Below are positions 37,244 to 45,478 of a DNA stretch of 45,478 nt, piece by piece. The stretch's first letter is position 1. Every line of letters starts with the position of its first letter. The translations under genes and the position numbers were made by a program. Location: NCBI RefSeq assembly GCF_001194135.2, contig NC_068981.1, forward strand, positions 153,850,280 through 153,895,757, read 5' to 3'. The notes below the pieces were generated by a model that was not told where the DNA came from, ran no database searches, and was given only the letters and a program-made list of their open reading frames with translations. Source of the DNA: Octopus bimaculoides. Lineage: Eukaryota.

Positions 37244-37486
37244 CTCTTTCATGACCACAATTTAAATGCTATAAACTGCCCATGTTTCAATTAATCCTTT
37301 ATTTAATCAAGGATTTGCAAGAATTTAGTAAACTATTTCCTCCATTATTAAACTAGTGTTCACAAAATGTTCATACATAAAGTCACGAGGGAAATGCTTA
37401 AACTTAAATATAATCTGTTTAAAACAAATAGTTCTTGTATCATAGGACCAATAGTGATCTCAAATGGGTTGTTATCAAAAAGGATT
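37244..37486. mobile_element. Second, more diverged copy of the same TTAA MITE family
   Basis: TTAA|CTCTTTCATGACC ... GTTATCAAAAAGGATT|TTAA; internal similarity (tgtttcaattaat, gaattta.taaaa, tgtatcatag) to 36961-37182. Confidence 0.45.
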
Positions 37487-38567
37487 TTAACAAAGTCTCC
37501 TCTATTTCTTCATCAGGTTTAAAACTAAGCATTCACAGTTAGTAGGTTATAGGAAGTTGGGTTGATACTGGAATTCATCTATATGAAAATGGAGGAAGTT
37601 GCTACTTCTTTGTTATAGACAGAAGCAAAAAAAAATGGTTTAGTAAACCAGGAAGTGTCTTTTAGTATCAGATATAGATACACTATTTAATGGTGTTCAG
37701 CTCTAAGCTCTAGCTCAACTTTGATCAGGTAGACTTATGCACAAATATATTCTAGTTATGATCGTGGTATCTTTTGTCAGTAATGACACTACATTATTGT
37801 GTCCTTCCCTTTTTATGGCAGTGGAATGTGATTTAAAGGAGATTTGACTGTTATTTCTAGAAGAATAAATAATCACGCAGCAGTTCATTTAATGGCACAT
37901 GTGTGTGTGCATGCACTGTGGTTAGGCTAAAATCTAGAAAATACCATTCAATTAATATGTGAATATACATTCTTCAATCCACAGTAACACTGTGGTAAGT
38001 TAACTTCCAGAGCAGAATATTACTGAAAACATGATTAAACACTGTACTTTGTACCTGTTAAAGGAATATAGTTCTAAATAACTGCTAAGAACAAGCCAAG
38101 AAAGACTGAACATTGAACCCATCAAATGTATTTAAAACTCTAGTGATAGTAGCAAGTTGTTATTTAGCCTCTCCCCAACACAGCCAGTCTTGACTGAGCA
38201 GAATACAATCGAATGTTCCAGTCTTGACTACCCAATATTTCTCTCTATCAGGACTATATTGTCCACAGTGTACCCTCTGGAAAGAAAAGGGTGGTTGTTT
38301 TTTTTTTATTTATTTAAGCTATTAAGATGTGATTTGAGGGAGGTTTGGCTTCTATTTCTAGCGAGTCAAGTAATAGTATAAAGACTCTCTCAGATAATTT
38401 CACAAGATATCATACTTGGAGACTTAAAACAAATAATAGTCACTACCCTTGTATAATTTAAACGTGAATATATAAAGGGTACAGACCCCTTCAGTCATAA
38501 ACGACCATGTGATTACACCTAGAAAGTTCCCCTCCTAAGTACAAGACCAGTAGTCACCCATGCATGT

Positions 38568-38762
38568 CTGTCAACTGCAATGTTTGTTTATTCACATTAT
38601 TTTCAATTAATCATACATTATCTCGTAGCTTTAAGCTCTCAATGGTGTGATTGTCTATTTTTAGAATGACACTGTAGGGTAGGTGTGAGAGGCTGGATCT
38701 GGATGGTTTGAAAATCAGGCAGGTAGAATATTTTGGCTGGATATGGTCAGATAAAGGGTTAA
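38568..38762. mobile_element. TTAA-target MITE, left end missing
   Basis: Ends AAAGGG|TTAA; matches 29740-29840. Confidence 0.55.
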
Positions 38763-38775
38763 TACATGAATGTAG

Positions 38776-38816
<41 letters not shown>

Positions 38817-39029
38817 AGCACACACAAGTATACACACATACATGTATATATATACACACACACACAAGTATATGCACGCATGAACACACATATATGCCTG
38901 AGTGCACAGACACACACAAATGAACACACATTTTTTTCATAAATATACCAAAATAAAATATTAGTAGCCTACATGTGTGTATGATTATAGAGATTCCAAA
39001 TGTATCAAGATGATAGTGTTGTTGTTGTT

Positions 39030-39165
39030 GTTTAGCCCTAGGCCAACCCTGATCAAGCAAACCTATGATCGAAAGCATTCCAACCATAACTACCCCATCA
39101 ATCTAATGTTTTGAAGACTGTAGGGTTTGGTCTGATTGAGATTTCACTGCTATTTCTAGTCCCCC
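39030..39165 (+). mobile_element. Repeat family G
   Basis: ggccaaccctgatcaagcaaacctatgatcgaaagcattccaacca..gagattt..ctgctatttctag. Confidence 0.6.
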
Positions 39166-40584
39166 TCACTGGATTGTGCTTAAAAAAAAAAACAGAATTA
39201 AAACCAAAATGAAGCAAGAACAACAACAAACAACATTTGATGTACTCCTTCCTCAACTTGATAAAAACACCTAGTGATAGTCTGGATTTCTTAAGTAGAA
39301 CAGTAGTGTTTGAATAATATGGAAAAGGAGACTAAAGCAGTGAAAGAGATTTATTTGCAAGAGGTCCAGGAAACTATGGCAGAAATTCAGTCTAGCAAAG
39401 TCTGACAAATAGGATAGGATATCTTGAGTTTATAATTGGAATGTCAAGAACTAGGTGGAGAGAAGGGGCAAATTGAAAGAGAGAAAGTATCTGAAGTAAG
39501 GCAGGGGTGAATGGAATGAAAGGGGAAGAGAAAAGGGGGAGAAATATACACGCACATGTAGAAGTGAGAGGAGAGGAATCGAAAAAAAATATAGGGCGAA
39601 GCACAGAAATGTTTAAAAGGATTCGACTCTAGACAGAAACTGATAATTTTCCACCTTTGTAGATCGCAGATAAACAGATTGGCATCTTCGAGTGAGGAAA
39701 CCTGAGAAAGAAAAATGTTTAAAGTATTGTATGTGTATGTTTGCGTGTATTTGCATGATTAAAAAGAGAAAGCTAAATTGATTATTAATCAATTTAAGTG
39801 TTCCAGCTGCAAGAATAATTATGTAAGTATATTAGCACATATGCTAATGTACGTGCCATGTTTGTGTACAAATGTGAATATACGTGTATGTCATTTACGT
39901 CATCACACACACACACACATATATGTACATACACACAGTTCAGAACATAATTGTTCAACAGTAAAACAAAACATATCGAAATAAGCATAGCAGAATGCTA
40001 AATATGTCAAAATATATCTGAATTCTGTAAAACTACATGCACACATAACCTGAAAGTTTCTATATAGTTGCTCAACCAACTCAAAATAGAAGCCAAAGAG
40101 AAGGACACATTAGATATTGTCATCAACAGCAGCATTTTATGTCTGCTTTTCCATGCTGGTATGGGTTGGACAGTTTTTCTGAGGCAGTCTTTTTTTAAAA
40201 ATCAGAGGCACTTCTAGTCTCCAACTATTTTAAATACATCTTACAACATGCAGGGATACAGAATATCTATTCTAAAACTGGGATACAGTCTAAAAAAAAA
40301 AATAGATAGATAAACAAGATGGTCACAACTGGAACATATTTGATCACTGGTCTGCCTTATAATAGATGACCTGGGACTAAACCACAACAAAAACAATCCA
40401 TCAGTCATAAAGAAAATTCAAAGCAGTCAGTTTCCTAGTTTCTAACACCTAAGTATTAGTCACTTTTTGACTATGATAATAACTATATGAGGAACTAGAG
40501 AGAGAGAGAGAGACAGTCTCTGTGGTCATTCATTCAAACTGAAAGTATTAGCAGCCCAATCTCTCTCTCATTACATTCTAACAT

Positions 40585-40955
40585 CTTTAATTTTTTATCT
40601 GTTTCAATCATGAGACTACAGCCATGCTGGGGCACTGCTGTGAAGAATTTTTAGTCAAATGAATCGACCCTAATACTTATTTTTTCTAAGACAGGTACTT
40701 ATTTTATCTGTCTCTTTTGCCAAACTGCTAAGTTATGGGTACACAAACACACCAACACCAGTTGTCAAGGGGTGATCAGGGGATAGACCAAAGATACACA
40801 CACACATACATATGACAGTCTTCTCTCAGTTTTTATCAACCAAATCCACTCACAAGGCTATAGAAAACACTTGCCCACATTGCTATGCAGTAGGACTGAA
40901 CTTGGAACCATGTGGTTGGGAAGCAAGCCTTTTATCACACAGCCATGCCTGTGCC
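40585..40955 (-). mobile_element. Composite SINE (head C + tail D)
   Basis: Reverse complement of 22518-22900. Confidence 0.8.
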
Positions 40956-41232
40956 TAATAAAAGAATATGTTGTATAATGTATTTCTAAATATTACTTCA
41001 AGATTATCTGAACAAAATGATTAGACAGACATGACTGAAATATTCTTGAAACTACAGATCTGTTCAATCAGGGCTGACAAAGAATAAAAACAATTACAGC
41101 ATGGGATCTACTTTTTGATTCCTTTTTAAAGAATTTTTAATATTTTAGTCAATAATGCTCATTGCAAATTCATAACCGTTGTATCTTACCTTTGCCTTCT
41201 CTTAAATGTAGGATTTATAATTATGTGAGAAA

Positions 41233-41273
<41 letters not shown>

Positions 41274-41372
41274 GGCAAAAACTGGTAGAGCAACAGAGCA
41301 ACTTTTTTTGCAGTATTTATTTATCATTGTCTGTGCTTTGAATTCAAATCCAACCAGTGTTGAATTAACTTT

Positions 41373-41700
41373 CCTCAATCCAGGAGGTCAATGATGAAAT
41401 AAGATATCTCAAGGACCACTGGATGGATTCAGATGAAACTTTCAGGGATGTTTGGCCTCATGACTGACACAAACTGATTAGATTTGGGGATTGATCTGAA
41501 ACCAGAAAAGGATTCTGGTTTATTTTTCCTGTTTTTTTACTTAATTTTTGAGAGTGGTCGGGTTCGTTTTTAGTATTCTCATTTGTGAGAGCAGTTAAGT
41601 TTATTTCAGATATTCTCATTTTAAAAATCATCTCCGGCTAATATTGAGAGGATGTTGGTGTTGCCTTGGTGGAGGTTTGCACTCTCTGAGTGCTCTTGTT
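41373..41700 (+). mobile_element. Helentron/DINE-1-like non-autonomous element
   Basis: Right sub-terminal CCTTGGTGGAGG (41664-41675), GCACT-ctctg-AGTGC hairpin, T-rich end; degenerate left CCTCAATCCAGGAGGT. Confidence 0.5.
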
Positions 41701-41749
41701 ATTATTAGAAAGAGTATAAGGTTATAGAAGACACTTGCCCACATTGCTA

Positions 41750-42715
41750 TGCAGAACCATTAGCATGCTGGACAAAATGCTTAGTAGAATTTTTCATCTT
41801 TACATTCTGAGTTCAAATCCCGGCATCCTTTCAAGGTCAATAAAATGAGTACCAGTCAAGAATTAGGATCAATGTCATCATCTATCTCCATTTCCCAAAC
41901 TTGCTGGCCTTCTACCAAAATCTGAAACCATCAATTTTAGAAAGGGTGATCAATCAGTAGAGCACTGCATAAAGTACCTAACAATATTTCATTGCACCAC
42001 CCAATGTTCTGAGTTCAAATCCTGTCGAAGTTGACTTTGCCATTCATCCTTTTAAGATAATGAAATGCAGTACCAATCAACAAAATGTCTCCTCATCCAA
42101 AATGTCTGCCTTTGTGGCTATATCAGGAACCATAAACATCATCATCATCATATAGAGGGAATGGTAGATATAATGCAATATTTAATTTTTAAAATACAGT
42201 GGAATCAAAGAAATAATAAAGCTTGCAAGCTTGAATTTAAATACATTTAGAATATTTAATTTCATACTGGTACTGTCTATGTTCTAAATTGTCTCAGTCA
42301 ACCATGTTCATTTATCTCCCCAAGGTCAGTAAGATTAAACACTAGCATTATATTTAGACTTGATTCAACCAAGCATCATCATCATCATAAACCTAACCAT
42401 CATCATCATCATTCAACTGCAGTAGTAGACAACCACAACCCTCCTCTACTCATTGCAGCATTCATTATTAATTGTGGTCCCAAGGCAACAAGCTGGCATA
42501 ATCATTTGTGGTTTCATAGCATTCTTCATATTATGGTTTCATAGCATTTCTTCCCACTCTTTACATTCCGAGTTCAAATCCTGCCAAGGTTAACTCTGCC
42601 TTTAATCCTTTTGGGGGTCAATAAAATAAGTACCTGTCAAGTACTGGGTCAATGTAATTGATTTGTCCCTTCCCCTGAACATTGCTGGCCTTGTACCGAA
42701 ATAGAAACAATTATT
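41750..42715 (+). mobile_element. Three family E SINEs (about 41750-41935, 41960-42130, 42490-42715)
   Basis: Each has a B-box gagttcaaatcc and the catcctt..ggtcaataaaa..agtacc core. Confidence 0.7.
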
Positions 42716-42859
42716 GTTGTCCCATGGTTGTGTGATTAGCTCTGGCTATCAGGAGTATTTTAATTCCTAAACAGAATATAATGTCGGTGACAGAGTTTGC
42801 TCTAGCACTAGCTACTATTCTGTTTACTTTTTCTTTGTTCTTTTCAGTCTTGCATGTTA

Positions 42860-43063
42860 AATGGCAACCTCACAAGTACTGGTGTCATATAAAAAGCAAC
42901 CAGTGCACTCTGTAAAGTGGTTGGCATTAGGAAGGGCATTCAACCATAGAAAGCATGCCAAAGATAACACTGGAGCTTAATGCAGCCCTGCAGCTAGCAG
43001 GTTCCCTGTTAAACTGCCATACCCATGCCAACATGGAAAATGGATGCTAAATGATGATGATGA
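42860..43063 (+). mobile_element. Family A RTE-type tail
   Basis: gtgtcatataaaaagca..gtggttggcattaggaagggcatt..cccatgccaacatggaaaa..(GAT)n. Confidence 0.7.
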
Positions 43064-43094
43064 ACATAAAAGCCAGAACAGATACCACATAACA

Positions 43095-43270
43095 TCTAGC
43101 TTGACATTAACAATTCTGCCAATCTATCAACCTAGACTGGCACTCAATTCACCCCAAAAGAATGGAAAATAAACCTTGACTTTTGTGGGATTTGAACTTG
43201 GAATGCAAAGAGCAGCAACAAATACCACAATGCATTCTATGCAATGCTCTATCAACTCTGCCAATTCACT
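43095..43270 (-). mobile_element. Family E SINE
   Basis: ggatttgaactt..aactctgccaattcactgcc is the reverse complement of the E head. Confidence 0.6.
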
Positions 43271-44539
43271 GCCTTCAATTAAATAAACTCTTCCAAATAA
43301 ACTTTGTGGTGATGTGCCAACTTCATTCCTCATTATTATAGAATTCTTCATTTTTATAAAAGCTAGTTAGCTGCGGAGATTGGTAGAGAGCCAAACAAAA
43401 TGTCTCGGAGTATACATTCATTCACACCATTTTTACATTCCAAATTCAAGCCTCCACAGAGACCAATTCTACCAGTCGTCTTTCCAAGGTCAAAAAATTT
43501 AGTACCAGTAAACATACAGAAAGGGGTCATGGGGTAATGTCAGAAATCAGTATTTACATGTATACCACATTTCAATTGATTTGATCCCTCTCACCTCTGA
43601 TCATTATCAGATTTTTCTTCTCTAAGTTTATAACATAGTCCAAAACAGAAACTGAACTGGAAACCATTATATCTTAAATGAGGGCAATAAGATTCTTACA
43701 CATTAAGCCACTGTTACAAGCAGCTTTTAAAATTCCTACTTAGCAATCTTAGAAGTTGATGTTTGGTACCAAGACAATTCTGATCAAAACATATGTTAAA
43801 AAGCATTACAACCAGACCCATCTCATCTTTTTTAGGGGTAAGTAAGATTACATTATCCAAGAAGTCCTTCCTTTTTCTAAGACAGCATGGTTTGATTTAA
43901 GAGAGATTTTGCTGCTGTTTCAATATACTGAAGCTCTCTCATTGATTCAAGCATTGTTTGAAGCCTCTGGCAATACTGAACATCAGACAAGTTGTCTCAT
44001 AAAAACAATCAATAATTAACAGTATTTTCAATCATTTCTTGTCTAACACCAATATGTTGCAAAGATCTCAGAATATACACCAAGAGTTTTCTGACAAAGT
44101 AATGCTTACATCATCAAAAACAATTAACTCTGAACTAATTGCAGATGCAATACACTGTTATCATAGCATTTACCCAGATGTTTGCTTATACACTAGCAAC
44201 AAGGAACGCAACATTCACATTTGTAAAATAACAAAAGTGAAAATAGATAGAACAGATTATGAACTATGGTTAAATACACAAGATAGACAAACACACTGAG
44301 TAACTGATTAGTGAGTCAGTGTTCAATTTAAGATCTTGTGTTAATTATATAGAAAACAAGTAAGGGATTAGAAGTCAGTTCAAAATAAATTGCAGCTACT
44401 ACAAGATATTTGCATCACCTCCACCTCACCATCAAGACAGTGTGTAAAGCTCACTTTTAAAATAGCTTTTCTCTTTCTCTCTCTCTTTTTCTTTGAAATT
44501 TCATTTGTTGGTAATGTCTTGGTACATTTAAAGATTTGA

Positions 44540-44685
44540 ACAACCATTTTGCAACCACATGACTCACAGTTCAATCTCACTGTTCATCACCTTGGGCAAG
44601 CACCTTCTACTTTAGCCTTGGGTTTGTTGACCAATATTTTGTGAGTAGAATTCAATGAGTGAAAACTGCAGACAAGCCCATTGTG
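44540..44685 (+). mobile_element. Family C SINE head
   Basis: caaccacatgactcacagttcaatctcactg..caccttgggcaagcaccttctac. Confidence 0.65.
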
Positions 44686-45038
44686 TATCTTTCTTTCTTT
44701 CTCTTACTTTCTTGCTTTTTTCCTATTTTTCTCCCTCTAACCAAACCTCCAAAACTTCACCACACACACACATACATATTCATACATATATGTACAAGCA
44801 CATTTAGATAACAAAAGAACATTCTCTTCCAGATTTATATACAAACACACACACACACACACACGTATGTATGTATGTATGTATGTATGTATGCATGCAT
44901 GCATGCATGCATGTACATATCATTTAAAATACACAGTGTTTAAATGTGAACAACTAATAGTTTCAGGATGTGGAAACAACAATTCGACAGATTTATACAA
45001 CATCCCTTGTGTCTAACAACAATCTTTCAGATGTATAT

Positions 45039-45120
45039 GTGAGCCTCACTGAGGAAATCACAAAGAATCAGATGTGGCAACTTGCTGTACTTGATAAGAT
45101 GCATCAAGCTAAGAAAAATC
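45039..45120 (+). pseudogene. Degenerate RTE ORF2 C-terminal remnant
   Basis: VSLTEEITKNQMWQLAVLDKMHQAK aligns with LGLTEA (11599) and FW*FVVLKKTCQAK* (21197-21242). Confidence 0.55.
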
Positions 45121-45429
45121 ACTGTCTTCCACACATACAGGCTTGACCTTTCAGGTGCCAGTTCAACACACACACATATATCTTAGGAGCATTTCTTGGA
45201 TGGATGCAAATAATTTTAATTTAATATAAATTATTTTTAAGAGAAGTAACTGGGAAGAGGATACATGCACACTATACACACTTTATGAACTCTACTTCAA
45301 TGGTATTACTTTTGTTTTGATTCTGGTGAATCTGTATGTGTGCATGCATAGGGGAAGTGTCACACATATACACAGTGGGATTGAACCCGAAACTAAGTAG
45401 GTAGAAAACTTCTTACCACACAACAACAT

Positions 45430-45439
45430 CTATATATAC

Positions 45440-45478
<39 letters not shown>
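45430..45478. repeat. (TA)n microsatellite
   Basis: Direct reading. Confidence 0.95.

Noticed and set aside
37966-38001. 10-nt microexon CAG|TAACACTGTG|GTAAGT
   Set aside because: Frame-shifting length, no partner exons; such motif pairs arise by chance in 45 kb.
44966-45140. Host exon DVETTIRQ..HIQA
   Set aside because: Its distal half aligns with the RTE ORF2 C-terminal remnants, so it is a transposon relic.

Overview
AT-rich, repeat-saturated animal DNA with four scaffold N-gaps. The repeat landscape (tRNA-head SINE families, RTE-type (GAT)n tails, TTAA-target MITEs, dense CA/TA/AAT microsatellites) resembles an Octopus-type cephalopod genome; this is an inference. No host protein-coding exon, rRNA, intact tRNA or CRISPR array is recognisable, so the window is probably intronic or intergenic, and most listed ORFs are microsatellite, gap or repeat artefacts. 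The only protein-homologous pieces are transposon relics: an RTE LINE endonuclease plus linker pseudogene (8960-10150, -), three RTE ORF2 C-terminal remnants, and a Tc1/mariner transposase C-terminus (25260-25401, +). Best hunt results: (1) a degenerate HDV-like ribozyme fold at the 5' edge of an RTE 5' region (3832-3887, -); (2) a degenerate minimal hammerhead with palindromic helix III (13963-14010, +) about 90 nt from a 124-nt foldback; (3) a 17 x 26-nt self-complementary array expanded inside an RTE 3' UTR (21259-21700), with the same 26-nt duplication in a second copy; (4) a fully palindromic TTAA-flanked MITE; (5) Helitron- and Helentron-type elements; (6) six head-to-tail SINEs in 1.5 kb. 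Family names come from remembered consensus features and were not database-checked. Nothing here proves a new biological system.
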